A DNA stretch of 64,000 nucleotides from a virus, in IMG/VR virus record IMGVR_UViG_3300017925_000001, positions 45,725 to 109,724 of that record. The stretch is one strand, 5' to 3'. Shown here piece after piece: positions 19,871 through 29,812 of this stretch (position 1 is its first letter; the number at the start of each line of letters is the position of its first letter). The translations under genes were made by a program, and so were the position numbers. The notes beneath the pieces were generated by a model, which saw only the letters and a program-made list of their open reading frames with translations, ran no database searches and was not told the origin of the DNA.

Positions 19871-22800
19871 ATGCCTACAGTAGAAGAGCTTCAGGGAGAC
19901 AAGGATTTCATGGCGGCTACACCCGCTGATCAGCAACGATATTTATCCTCTGTTGACCCTGAATTTAAGGCCGCACACCCTGAGGATCAATCTGCATACT
20001 TGGCTCATGTTACCAATGCACCAACAGGTGAGCAACCAAAGCAAGGTGCGCTTGACACAGCTAATCAGCAGTATGAAGGTCCTGGGGTAGTCAATGCTTT
20101 GGGGCGCGTAGCTACTATGCTACCAAACATGGCTAAACAGGCGTACCATGCTTTCACAGACCCGCGTACGGAAGAGGAAAATAAACTAGATAAAACACCT
20201 GTGGTTGGTAATGCTGCATTGGCCGCGAAGCGCATGCTGTTGGACCCAAGTCAACAGGCGTATGAGAAGACAGAGAAAATGGCGAGAGACCGTGAACAGT
20301 ATTTTGCTGAGCATGGTCAAGAAGATCCCCATCCGATACAGGCCAAGATGGCTGAGGCTGGCGGTAAAGCCATGTCAATGATCCCGATGGTCGGGCCTTG
20401 GGGTATGAGTTTAGGAGAGCGTGCCGGTAAGGGAGATGTCTCTGGCGCGTTGACCGAGGCGGGAAGTCTGGCTCTTGCTCCTGAGATCGCGCATGAAGCA
20501 ATGCCGGGTGGAGCATTACCGGGCGCGGCTGAAGCTGGCGCTCGTCCATTACCTACAGCTGATGCGGCTGTTCGCATGGGAGCACGCGGAGCTACTAAAG
20601 TACAACCTATGCTACCCACAGCAATTGGTGCAGTAGCAGGTGAAACCGTTGGTCACCCTTATTGGGGCGCTATCGCTGGGCGTATTATGCTTCCACAAGC
20701 GTGGCTTGGTCCTCTTCTGGAGAAAGGCCGAACTTTTGGTCTTGATGCTAATGAGGCAGGTATTGTACATCTAGGTGAACGATTACAACAAGCGGAAGCT
20801 GCTGCTGCTGAAGCTAAGACTGCGTATGATGCGCACAAACCTGGACGAGAGCAAGGTATTCCTGCTCCTAAGGAAGTGCTTGATGCATATGAGAAAACAC
20901 AGACTGCTCTGCAGACAGCGCAAGCACACTTCCAAGCTGCACAAGAAGACTACCTAGCTAAGAGAGGTAGACCTCCAGTATCTATGGAACTTTCCCCTGA
21001 GCAACAAGCTGCCCAGGCTGAGCGTATGACGCCCCCTCCGACTAATGAAAAGCTGGGAGCACGCCAAGAAAAGCTGATGGCAGACATAGAGGCCAAGGCT
21101 CCCCCGTATGCAGAAGGGACTGAGCCACTTCCTCGGATGGGAGAAAAACAACCTGGGATGACCGAAGGTAAACCGGAGGTCCCTGCCGAGGTAAAGCCCG
21201 AGGTTGCCCCTATCATGACCGCAGGTAAACCTGAGCGTGCCCCAAGTATGGCTGGGCTAAAAGTGACGCCCGAAGGCAAAGTAGAGGATACCACCGCTAT
21301 ACAAACGGCAACCAAGGAAGCCCTAGGGGCAGAGAAACCAGCTAGGATGGTCCCAGCTACCGAAGGTACGGCAGTGAGACCTGGGGAAGTGCCACCGATG
21401 CGTGGTGAATATACTCCAGCACCTGCACCAGCACCAGAAGTTAAGGCAGCTCCAGTTCCAGAAGCTAAGATTCCTGCAAAGGAACCCGGTCTGATGGGCC
21501 CTGAGAAGGAATTGGCGCACGAAGGACGCTCACCTGAGGATCTAGCGAAGGTAGACCGTGCCGTCGCTGAACTGCCCAATCAAGACCTCCAAAGGCTGGG
21601 CACACGTTTTGGTCTAGATGAGTCAAAGTATGACTTCTCAAAGCGCGAAGCTACCCGTGAGGGTGGCAGCAAGCACCCAATAGAGCGTGAGAAATTCTCC
21701 AAGGACACCCAGGAAAAACTACCTGAAGCCCTGAAGAACCATATCGTAGATGCGGCGAAAGCCTTTGATGAGAAGAATCCCGATGTCTTTAGTCCGCAGG
21801 ACTTGAGTTCTTCTGGGAATGCTGCGCGTGCCAGAGCCATCCTGACTGAGGCAATGAAGCGCTATACGGACGAACTTGCTGCCAAGGGGCAAGCAGGGGG
21901 CGCACCTGCTGACATACGTACGCAGGTCGGAGCACACAACGCTAATGGAGGCTCTACATTTCACCCAGAAAAAGGTGATCTAAAAGGCCAACCCTACTTT
22001 GCTGTGGGCGGTGAGCCTGAGTTCAAGAACCCAGACCTGAAGATGACAGTCAAGGGCGGGGAATTGACTGCTGAGCAACTCAAAGAATTCTCTGAGCGTC
22101 CTGCGGTTAAGGAAGCACTTGCTAAGCATCCCGATGCCAGCATAGGTACATGGCATGATACTGGGGAAGACAACACAGTTGTGGAATTGGTTAAAACTCC
22201 AGCAGCTCGTGACGAGGCTATCGCCATGGGTGTCAAGAATGGCGAGAAAGCCATCTATGATCTGAAGGAAGGCAAGGAAATCCCTACTGGGGGCGACCAA
22301 AGCAAGATGAGCGCAGAGGATCGCGCCAAGGTTCAAGAAGAGCTTGCCAAGGAAGGCCAAAGTGGTGGTGCTCCTGGTGTAGTTACCAAAGAGGCCAAAC
22401 TACCCACAGGTGATGACTTGATCAAGAAGTATGGGGAATCCAGTGGGGACCCTGCGCAGACTACATTCATCCTGAAGGATGGACGTGGTGTAGCCAACAC
22501 TGGTGTTGACCATGATGTGATGCTGGGTGGCAAAGCTACCGATGTAAATCCTCGGCGCGAGCAGTTCATACAGGATGGAAACATTCGCGTACGTCCTCGC
22601 TCGGGAGGCAAGGCCGGTAGAGAAGTAGCCATCTCCATACCAGATGATGGAATCACTGCAGAGCAGATGAAGTACCTTCAGAAGATGAGTCCGCAGTTAC
22701 GAAGCGGAGTCGTCATGATGGAGGGTAGCAAAGCTGGTTCCAAGTACAAGGTTCTGGAGTATGGCGCTGCTACAAATGAAGCTCTGGAAGATGCAGTCAA

Positions 22801-23956
22801 TCACATTACCAATGATGCAGGTAAGCATCTTCCCCCAGTCAGTGGTGGGTCTGGTGCAGCAGACAAAGCTGCTAAGGTAGCCAAAGAGCTGCCCCCTCTT
22901 CCTGAATTAGCTGAGAAACATTTGACTCCCGAGGAGAAGTTGGGAGTGAGCAAGTCGGAAGCTCAGCAAACCAAGTTTATTGAGCGTATGGAGCAGATCC
23001 CAGAAGTTCATGAATACAGGGATATAGCTTTGGTTGGTGAAGGTGCTAGAAAATGGTACCAGAGAAGTTCCCAAGCTTTCGACGCTATGGCTGAAGAAGC
23101 TCCTGAATACTTCAAAGATGGTGATAAGGAAAAATTCATCAATCTATTAGCTGCCAGTTCACCTCGGCAGTCTGTAGCGATGAATCTACGTGAGACATTA
23201 CGTACATGGACAGCCTATGTTGATGCAAATCGACCCACAGGGCAACCTTTGGAAGATTTGTTGAAGGAGAATTTGACTTCTGCAACATCCAAGGTACCCA
23301 ATGCACTGAAAGCCATCAATGGCGAAGACATGTGGCCGGACATCACGAAGAATAAAGCGTTCAAGGTACCAAGTTTTGCAAGAAACTTGAGAGGATATCT
23401 CGATTCTGTTACCAACGATGGGTGGATGTCTCTGTTTGCTGGGCTTGATCCCAGGGAGATCTCCAGTGCTCACTCATATCACCCTCTGTCTGTTGCTACG
23501 CGTGCTGCCGCTGAAGAACTTGGCTGGAGCCCTGCGGAAGCGCAAGCGTCAATTTGGAGTTTCACACAAGCTTTAACTGAGCGTGGTGAAGAATTACCTG
23601 AAGAAGTTCGTAAGCATTCTGAGGACTTTGTTGACCTCTTAGCTCACGACCCACAAGTACGTGGTTTACTAGCAGATCTAGGAGTCTCACATGCCAACCT
23701 CGACGCAAAGCTCGCAGCCATCGGAGAAAAGCCAGAAGTCTCCGGTAGAACTACGCCAACTACTTCTCGCAGTATTGAGCGGCTTAAAGAACGCATCGAA
23801 ACAGCAAGAGGTAAAGGAACCATCCCACCTCCAAAGTCAGCCCAAGGAGAATTTGGGTTCCGAGAAGCTCCAGCAGGAGAATCTCGGTCCAGACTCAAGG
23901 ATGAGGATGTCGAATTCAACACTGCAAAGATGAACGCTGTTCGAATGAAACGATAG
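19871..23956 (+). CDS. Large multidomain (polyvalent) ejection protein
   Basis: 1361 aa; disordered middle and three C-terminal globular modules, the last with WY...SP...N...K...F..NL...VT.D motifs. Confidence 0.6.
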   Translation: MPTVEELQGDKDFMAATPADQQRYLSSVDPEFKAAHPEDQSAYLAHVTNAPTGEQPKQGALDTANQQYEGPGVVNALGRVATMLPNMAKQAYHAFTDPRTEEENKLDKTPVVGNAALAAKRMLLDPSQQAYEKTEKMARDREQYFAEHGQEDPHPIQAKMAEAGGKAMSMIPMVGPWGMSLGERAGKGDVSGALTEAGSLALAPEIAHEAMPGGALPGAAEAGARPLPTADAAVRMGARGATKVQPMLPTAIGAVAGETVGHPYWGAIAGRIMLPQAWLGPLLEKGRTFGLDANEAGIVHLGERLQQAEAAAAEAKTAYDAHKPGREQGIPAPKEVLDAYEKTQTALQTAQAHFQAAQEDYLAKRGRPPVSMELSPEQQAAQAERMTPPPTNEKLGARQEKLMADIEAKAPPYAEGTEPLPRMGEKQPGMTEGKPEVPAEVKPEVAPIMTAGKPERAPSMAGLKVTPEGKVEDTTAIQTATKEALGAEKPARMVPATEGTAVRPGEVPPMRGEYTPAPAPAPEVKAAPVPEAKIPAKEPGLMGPEKELAHEGRSPEDLAKVDRAVAELPNQDLQRLGTRFGLDESKYDFSKREATREGGSKHPIEREKFSKDTQEKLPEALKNHIVDAAKAFDEKNPDVFSPQDLSSSGNAARARAILTEAMKRYTDELAAKGQAGGAPADIRTQVGAHNANGGSTFHPEKGDLKGQPYFAVGGEPEFKNPDLKMTVKGGELTAEQLKEFSERPAVKEALAKHPDASIGTWHDTGEDNTVVELVKTPAARDEAIAMGVKNGEKAIYDLKEGKEIPTGGDQSKMSAEDRAKVQEELAKEGQSGGAPGVVTKEAKLPTGDDLIKKYGESSGDPAQTTFILKDGRGVANTGVDHDVMLGGKATDVNPRREQFIQDGNIRVRPRSGGKAGREVAISIPDDGITAEQMKYLQKMSPQLRSGVVMMEGSKAGSKYKVLEYGAATNEALEDAVNHITNDAGKHLPPVSGGSGAADKAAKVAKELPPLPELAEKHLTPEEKLGVSKSEAQQTKFIERMEQIPEVHEYRDIALVGEGARKWYQRSSQAFDAMAEEAPEYFKDGDKEKFINLLAASSPRQSVAMNLRETLRTWTAYVDANRPTGQPLEDLLKENLTSATSKVPNALKAINGEDMWPDITKNKAFKVPSFARNLRGYLDSVTNDGWMSLFAGLDPREISSAHSYHPLSVATRAAAEELGWSPAEAQASIWSFTQALTERGEELPEEVRKHSEDFVDLLAHDPQVRGLLADLGVSHANLDAKLAAIGEKPEVSGRTTPTTSRSIERLKERIETARGKGTIPPPKSAQGEFGFREAPAGESRSRLKDEDVEFNTAKMNAVRMKR

Positions 23957-24041
23957 TATCCCTCGGGGTTGCTCCCGAGGATAGAGTGGGGAGGTGCTCA
24001 TTCCACCTCCCTGCTCGACCTGAATGAGAGGAAAACATATG
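23957..24041 (+). promoter_or_regulatory. Structured RNA leader, copy D
   Basis: P1 CCTCGGG/CCCGAGG; P2 GAGTGGGGAGGTG/CACCTCCCTGCTC; loop CTCATTC complementary to GAATGAG 24022-24028 overlapping GAGAGG. Confidence 0.85.
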
Positions 24042-24539
24042 CCAGCAAAAGGACAGTTTCAAACACACTGTAAACGTGGCCACAAAATATCAGGAGACAA
24101 TCTGCATATTGTAAAAAGTACAGGTCAAAGAATATGCAGACGATGCCGAAGAGAAAGAGTCAGCGTCTATAGGAGTTCTGAAAAAGGAAAAAAAGCATCA
24201 CGTAGTACAGCTAACAACAATAGAGAAAAGATAAAGGTAGAAGTTCTCACGCACTATGGAAAAGGTGGGAAGCTTATGTGTTGTTGGTCTGGTTGCAAAA
24301 TTTGTGACTTAGACATGCTAAGCTTAGACCATGTGAAAAATGATGGTCAAGAACACGTTAGTGAAACAGGTATAAGGTATCTAGGCATACGTCTATATAG
24401 ATGGGCAAGGAGAAATAATTTTCCAAAAACTTTGCAAACCCTATGCTTTAACCATCAGCACAAAAAAGAAATTGTCAGGCGCAAAAAGAATAGGATCGAC
24501 AATCGTGAAAGAGATGCCAAGCGCATCGGAAGGAATTAA
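24039..24539 (+). CDS. HNH/endonuclease VII-like homing endonuclease
   Basis: 'THCKRGH...CRRC' Zn module; 'CC..C...LSLDH......G' and 'QTLCFNH'. Confidence 0.7.
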   Translation: MPAKGQFQTHCKRGHKISGDNLHIVKSTGQRICRRCRRERVSVYRSSEKGKKASRSTANNNREKIKVEVLTHYGKGGKLMCCWSGCKICDLDMLSLDHVKNDGQEHVSETGIRYLGIRLYRWARRNNFPKTLQTLCFNHQHKKEIVRRKKNRIDNRERDAKRIGRN

Positions 24540-24541
24540 CA

Positions 24542-25243
24542 ATGCCAGCTTATCAGACTACACCTTTCAAGCCAACCCCAAAGGTCATGACTCCCGGTAT
24601 ACCCGCGTATTTTTGGGGAACGTGGAACGACAAAACCGGAAATACTACGGGCAAAGTTATTAGCAATTCTGCTGCTAGTACAACTGCTACAGTGACATTG
24701 CAGATTCAATCTGGAAATATCCCAGTAATAGGGGCTCTTATTAGTATTGTAGGTTCAACTAACTCTGCTGGCATTTTCAATGTTACTAACGCAGTTCTCT
24801 TATCAGTTTCATCGCCTGCAAACCCTGACGAGGGCATTTACACAGTAACATTTGCAATTTCTTCTACAACTCAGTCTACTATGACTGATTCTGGTATATT
24901 CCAAATACCACAGTCAGAAATAGGTGAACCTCTGGCAGCAGGTGCATCTGCACCGCTCGTTCAGATGTACAATATCATGTCCGCTAACCTGAGTCAGGCT
25001 GTGACTGTCGTGGCATCGTTCCCAAGTTTGCCAACGTCCGTGATTCTCTATCTGCAGCAAGCTCTGCAGGACCTGGATTCCGAGTATCAGACTGTTGCGA
25101 CTATAGCAACGGTCAGTACTGGGGCAGTGCAAGGGTCTCCCCAGATTTCAGTAGACCCCACGCTTGGGCGCTTTTTCAGAGTACTCAACGGAACCGTGGT
25201 GGGCGGAACACTACCTACCGTCATTTGTAAAATAATGATCTAA
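24542..25243 (+). CDS. Hypothetical virion protein
   Basis: T/S-rich beta protein in the structural arm. Confidence 0.6.
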   Translation: MPAYQTTPFKPTPKVMTPGIPAYFWGTWNDKTGNTTGKVISNSAASTTATVTLQIQSGNIPVIGALISIVGSTNSAGIFNVTNAVLLSVSSPANPDEGIYTVTFAISSTTQSTMTDSGIFQIPQSEIGEPLAAGASAPLVQMYNIMSANLSQAVTVVASFPSLPTSVILYLQQALQDLDSEYQTVATIATVSTGAVQGSPQISVDPTLGRFFRVLNGTVVGGTLPTVICKIMI

Positions 25244-25302
25244 AGCTAGGAATGGCCGGTGCTTTCCCCCGGCCTCATCTTTGCATTTCGAAGGGCACCC
25301 CT

Positions 25303-25518
25303 ATGGGATATAGCAATGAATTAGAAGTAACGAATCTCTTGCTTACCACCAATCTGCTACAGCAGACCAATGAACTTCAGGTTGCTAATGCTCTTTGGGC
25401 TGGAGGGGGGCAACCAATCCCCCCTAGTCCTCCGGTTTCTGCAAGCGGTTTCGAATTGGAAGATGGATCAGGAGTAATTTTGTTAGAGAGCGGGGATATC
25501 CTGCTTTTGGAGAATTAA
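25303..25518 (+). CDS. Small fibre-associated protein
   Basis: C-terminal 'FELEDGSGVILLESGDILLLE' motif, which commonly precedes 'KISAL' fibre genes. Confidence 0.55.
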   Translation: MGYSNELEVTNLLLTTNLLQQTNELQVANALWAGGGQPIPPSPPVSASGFELEDGSGVILLESGDILLLEN

Positions 25519-25522
25519 TAAT

Positions 25523-26497
25523 ATGGCAAATACTAAAATCAGCGCTCTCACTTCTGGCAACCCTGCACAGGCTGGAGATGTAATTCCCATCGACCGTACA
25601 GGCGCAAACTTTTCAATTACAGCAGGTAGTATAGCTGCTCTAAACACTCTGCCTCAAACTGCTGCTGCTGTCGGATCAAAGTGGCTAAACAGTTACACAG
25701 CGTCCACAGGTGTATTCACAGAAACCCAGCCTACATTCACCGATTTATCGGCACACCCTACTACTCTTTCTGGGTATGGCATTACTGATGCTCTTCCTAT
25801 CGCTGGAGGAACTCTTACAGGTGCTCTATTATTCTCTGCTGATAACACATACGCTATAGGAGCAGCGGGTGCCACACGTCCAAGTACAGTGTATGCGGGC
25901 ACTTCAGTTGTTTCGCCCCTTGTGTCTATACCGTCTACTGGTGTAGTGGAATGGAGTATAGGGAGTAGTCCTGCTGGTATTAGTTATACAGGAGCTGCAT
26001 CACTTTCTATAGGTAATGGAACTTCTGGTGATTATTCTGGAGAGCTAAAGTTATCTACGCTGGACATTGGAGCGTACGCGGTTACCACACACATTCAGAT
26101 TAGCGCAGCTAATAGCAATATCACATTTCAAGATTCTTCGGGTGATCCAAAAATTGATTTAACGAGTACTGCTGGTCTTTTACTGTCAGATGATCTATAT
26201 ATAGGGTGGGGAGCCGATAGTGTACACTATTTTCCTCCTAGCACAAGTATTTCAAATCCTTCGGCTGGTACTGTTTCAATAGATACTACATCTGTTGGCA
26301 ATGGCCTTGGCTCTCTCACAGCAGCTAAATTAATCGAGAATGCTACGCTTACCCCTGCTTCCGCTACGACAGCAGGAGTAACAGGACAAATCGCTTGGCA
26401 AGGCACGAATGGCACAACTGGACAAATCTTCATTTGTACTTCTGGTGGTACCGCAAGCAACGCAATCTGGATGGCTGCAGCGTTGACCAAGGTGTAA
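25523..26497 (+). CDS. Tail fibre-like protein
   Basis: 'ANTKISAL' N-terminus, 'PTTLSGYGITDA' fibre motif, shared C-terminal module. Confidence 0.75.
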   Translation: MANTKISALTSGNPAQAGDVIPIDRTGANFSITAGSIAALNTLPQTAAAVGSKWLNSYTASTGVFTETQPTFTDLSAHPTTLSGYGITDALPIAGGTLTGALLFSADNTYAIGAAGATRPSTVYAGTSVVSPLVSIPSTGVVEWSIGSSPAGISYTGAASLSIGNGTSGDYSGELKLSTLDIGAYAVTTHIQISAANSNITFQDSSGDPKIDLTSTAGLLLSDDLYIGWGADSVHYFPPSTSISNPSAGTVSIDTTSVGNGLGSLTAAKLIENATLTPASATTAGVTGQIAWQGTNGTTGQIFICTSGGTASNAIWMAAALTKV

Positions 26498-26506
26498 AGG
26501 AGATTT

Positions 26507-27823
26507 ATGGCTGATCAATACCCTGCAAGTGGACTTACACCCAATTTAAAGATGACTCTGGAAGGAATAGCAGTTGGAATAGCTACTAACTTTCTTGAGC
26601 TTGACTCATTGTTTCCTAACGGGCCAACCCCATCAGGCTATCTTCTTCTTACTGGGGGTACCATAGCAGGTAAATTGGGAATTGTTCCCGCTGGTACTGT
26701 TGGTACAAGCCCTGTAGATGCTATTGACATTCTGCTTCCTCCTATAGGAGCAGATTCTTATTTAAAAATAACAGCTCCGGGTTTGACATATTCTCTAAGA
26801 GCTGGATCAGCATCTCTTAATCAATATGATATTATGGCCAATATGATTAGAGACGCAGTGGGAAATACCTATGCTGATGACCCAACGCATGTTGGCCTAC
26901 AATTCGCTATTTCCCCAGAAGGTAATCTTCATAATAGCGAATTTTGGTTTGCTGTTAATCCTGTCGGCGGAAATGGATCTGATATAGTTTTTCTTGTAAC
27001 TGGAGATGGTGTTGTAGGTATACCTGGCACATCCAGTGGACCTAGCACTCCTAATGGAGGAGTATTTGGTTGGTCAAACATTTATCCCGTTGATTATGAC
27101 CAATTAGACACCTATTTATGCCGTCTTTCACCCGGTGTTATAGGTATCGGGGCCAGTATAGGGTCTTACAACGGTTTTGATGGCTCTCTTAAACTTACTA
27201 ATTTGACTGTTGCTGGATCATTTACTGATAATTTATCCTCAACCGGATCGCTTGGGCAAGTTTTGAGCAGCACCGTAACAGGTATAAAATGGGTAGCTGC
27301 TCCTAGCCTTATATCTGCTGCATGGGCTACCTTGTATGGTGACCTGACTGAGAACCAAGTTATTCCTTGGGATGGGCCTACTTTAGGCATACCAGACACA
27401 GGTATTTCCCGTATTTCCGCGCACACTCTTGCATTCGGAAACGGGTCTGCCGGGGATTATTCTGGTCATCTACAAGCTGCTGTGTTTACGGATGGAGCGG
27501 GAACGTATTTATCCGGTGGAACTATACGTTTGGGAAATGGTGCAGGACAGATCAATATTAGTGGCTCTCAGATTTTATATGGTGGAGGAAATGGTTATGG
27601 TAATACCGGACACCTATTTTATATTGATGGGGTTGGAGAAGTTTTTTCGGTTCTATCCACCGGCATAGTACTATTGCCTTTGACTCCGCCTACTTCTGCC
27701 CATACAGCTGGGACACAAGGTCAGTTGACCTCAGGTACAGACGGTAATTTATACTTCTGTTCGATATCGGGACCGGGGGGTGGTGCAACAACTTGGAACA
27801 AACTCAGCATGACCGCAGTATAA
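26507..27823 (+). CDS. Tail fibre-like protein
   Basis: TPNL anchor motif; modules shared with 3642 and 25523. Confidence 0.75.
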   Translation: MADQYPASGLTPNLKMTLEGIAVGIATNFLELDSLFPNGPTPSGYLLLTGGTIAGKLGIVPAGTVGTSPVDAIDILLPPIGADSYLKITAPGLTYSLRAGSASLNQYDIMANMIRDAVGNTYADDPTHVGLQFAISPEGNLHNSEFWFAVNPVGGNGSDIVFLVTGDGVVGIPGTSSGPSTPNGGVFGWSNIYPVDYDQLDTYLCRLSPGVIGIGASIGSYNGFDGSLKLTNLTVAGSFTDNLSSTGSLGQVLSSTVTGIKWVAAPSLISAAWATLYGDLTENQVIPWDGPTLGIPDTGISRISAHTLAFGNGSAGDYSGHLQAAVFTDGAGTYLSGGTIRLGNGAGQINISGSQILYGGGNGYGNTGHLFYIDGVGEVFSVLSTGIVLLPLTPPTSAHTAGTQGQLTSGTDGNLYFCSISGPGGGATTWNKLSMTAV

Positions 27824-27833
27824 AGGAGGCCCC

Positions 27834-28313
27834 ATGCAATTCTATGTCCGCTCCATCAGTAATCGCTTTCTTAGGTTCCTGTACAGCTTTTTCGTGCAGA
27901 TGCCCCTGGAGATCTACTGGCGGTTCATCACTGCGTACGTGCCAACGAGTGCCGTGTTCTTAAATTATACCAGCGCCACTGACCTAGAGCTTCACGCTCA
28001 GTGGTCATTGGCCCAGCAAGGCCTAGTGTCCGCTTCGTTTCCTTTGACTTGTTCAGAGAACGGGCCGATGCATGCGGCAGTGCCCGCAGCATTGACAGTG
28101 GTACCCAAGCACGTCACAGTTGTCTCGGTTCCCGACATCACGCCGGGTGCCATCGTGACGCCTGATATGACACAGGAACCATGCCATAGCTTTGCCTGCT
28201 GTTGGCGTAAAGGCAGAGTCTATGCGGCAGCGTCCAAGGTGCCGGTGACTTTAGCCTATGAGTTTCAGAACCTGATTTTAAGCGACCTCGGAATTGACGT
28301 ATCCCAGAGGTAG
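27834..28313 (+). CDS. Hypothetical protein
   Basis: AGGAGG SD; clean ORF. Confidence 0.55.
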   Translation: MQFYVRSISNRFLRFLYSFFVQMPLEIYWRFITAYVPTSAVFLNYTSATDLELHAQWSLAQQGLVSASFPLTCSENGPMHAAVPAALTVVPKHVTVVSVPDITPGAIVTPDMTQEPCHSFACCWRKGRVYAAASKVPVTLAYEFQNLILSDLGIDVSQR

Positions 28314-28322
28314 GAGAAAGAA

Positions 28323-28658
28323 ATGCAAGTTCAAACAATAGTGCCGCTTATGACACTGCTTTACAAGGTGTTCATGGGCCTGCTGGTCGCGGGAGGAATA
28401 GGTATTATTATGTGGCCTTTTAGATCCATACGAAAAGAGTGGAGAACCTTGAAAGACAGCGTAGCCGAGACGCATGCGGAGCTTGTCACCCAAAGGACGA
28501 ACTGTCTTACCACACTTCAAAATCAGGGGGATCGCCAAATCGAACTTTTAGGCAAAGCTGTGGAAACCCTTGGAAATATCCACACTTCTCAGGCTGCAAT
28601 GTCTGGTTTTATGCAGGCAACGCAGATCATAGCGGCTCCAACCCGTCGCAAACGGTAG
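28323..28658 (+). CDS. Holin-like membrane protein
   Basis: Single N-terminal TM helix, coiled coil and basic tail at the end of the structural block. Confidence 0.4.
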   Translation: MQVQTIVPLMTLLYKVFMGLLVAGGIGIIMWPFRSIRKEWRTLKDSVAETHAELVTQRTNCLTTLQNQGDRQIELLGKAVETLGNIHTSQAAMSGFMQATQIIAAPTRRKR

Positions 28659-28688
28659 TTGACAAGCAGCTTCAGTTTGTGGTATAAT
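28659..28688 (+). promoter_or_regulatory. Sigma70-type promoter TTGACA-N18-TATAAT (extended -10)
   Basis: Perfect hexamers at 28659-64 and 28683-88 with TGn before the -10. Confidence 0.85.
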
Positions 28689-28728
28689 GTTTATGAAGTA
28701 AATCAGTGACTCAGAAAGGTCAAATTTA

Positions 28729-29496
28729 ATGCCAGAGCCAAAGATTTTGTTTTTGGATATAGAGACGTTTCCCAACCTTGGGTACGTCTGGGGCAAATAC
28801 GACCAGAATGTCATTCGTTACACGCAGCAAAGTTGTATCGCTACCTTCGTAGCAAAGTGGGCAGGGAAGAAAGAGATCATCACTAAAGCTTTGCCAGATT
28901 ATGCTGGGTACAAGCCCGGTTCATACAGTGACAAGGCAATTGTTTTGGATCTCTGGAAACTGTTTGATGAGGCAGACATAATCGTCGCACATAATGGGGA
29001 TCAGTTTGATGTGAAAGTGGTGGTGGGCCGCTTTATCCTCCATAATATGCGCCCTCCAAGCCCGTTTAAAACAATTGATACCAAGAAACTCACCAAAGAA
29101 GTTGCTCGTTATAATTCGAACGCTTTGGACGATCTCTGCGGCCAGCTTTTCGAAACGCACAAGATCAAGACGGACTTCGATTTGTGGGAAGGTTGCATCA
29201 ATGGTGATCCGAAGTGTTGGGCAAACATGGTCAAGTACAACAAGGTAGATGTTCTTTTGTTGGAAAAACTGTATTATCGTTTAGCTCCTTTTGCAAAGAC
29301 ACATCCGAACCTGACCTTCTGGACTCGTGGAGAATGCCCCAAGTGTGGCGGTCATAACGTTCAGTACCGAGGGGTTGCCCGGTGTATCACTCGGCAATAC
29401 CAGAGATTCCAGTGCAACGACTGTGGCAGCTGGGGTCGGGTTGCGAAGAGCGATAAAGGTGCTGGCACCAAAACGGTTAACGTTCCAATTTGTTAA
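28729..29496 (+). CDS. RNase H-like/DnaQ-type 3'-5' exonuclease with Zn ribbon
   Basis: 'LFLDIET', 'AHNGDQFD', 'YNKVDV', CPKCG...CNDCG. Confidence 0.85.
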   Translation: MPEPKILFLDIETFPNLGYVWGKYDQNVIRYTQQSCIATFVAKWAGKKEIITKALPDYAGYKPGSYSDKAIVLDLWKLFDEADIIVAHNGDQFDVKVVVGRFILHNMRPPSPFKTIDTKKLTKEVARYNSNALDDLCGQLFETHKIKTDFDLWEGCINGDPKCWANMVKYNKVDVLLLEKLYYRLAPFAKTHPNLTFWTRGECPKCGGHNVQYRGVARCITRQYQRFQCNDCGSWGRVAKSDKGAGTKTVNVPIC

Positions 29497-29514
29497 CAAA
29501 AGGAGACTCAGTAA

Positions 29515-29688
29515 ATGTCACAAGTGGAGTACATAGTACGTGTAGAGGGAATGCACAATTCATTTGGTCTTGGAGAAAAGATCGGTGATGGCATTACCCT
29601 CTTTAGGGCCGGTATGTATAACCTCACAGCAGAAGAAATCGACGCGAAGGTGAAGCAGACTCGGGCTCGGAAAGTCGAGAAGCTTTGA
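29515..29688 (+). CDS. Small hypothetical protein (57 aa)
   Basis: AGGAG SD; MSQVEYIVRV...; below the ORF-track cutoff. Confidence 0.45.
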   Translation: MSQVEYIVRVEGMHNSFGLGEKIGDGITLFRAGMYNLTAEEIDAKVKQTRARKVEKL

Positions 29689-29812
29689 TGGAATATATTG
29701 AAGCAGCTTTTTCCCTCCTCATCGTCCTTGCAGTTGTGGGGACAATCATCCTCAGTCTCTATGGTGCGATCTCGGCGCTCGTCTGGCTTACGCGCTACAT
29801 TTGGTGGAAGCG

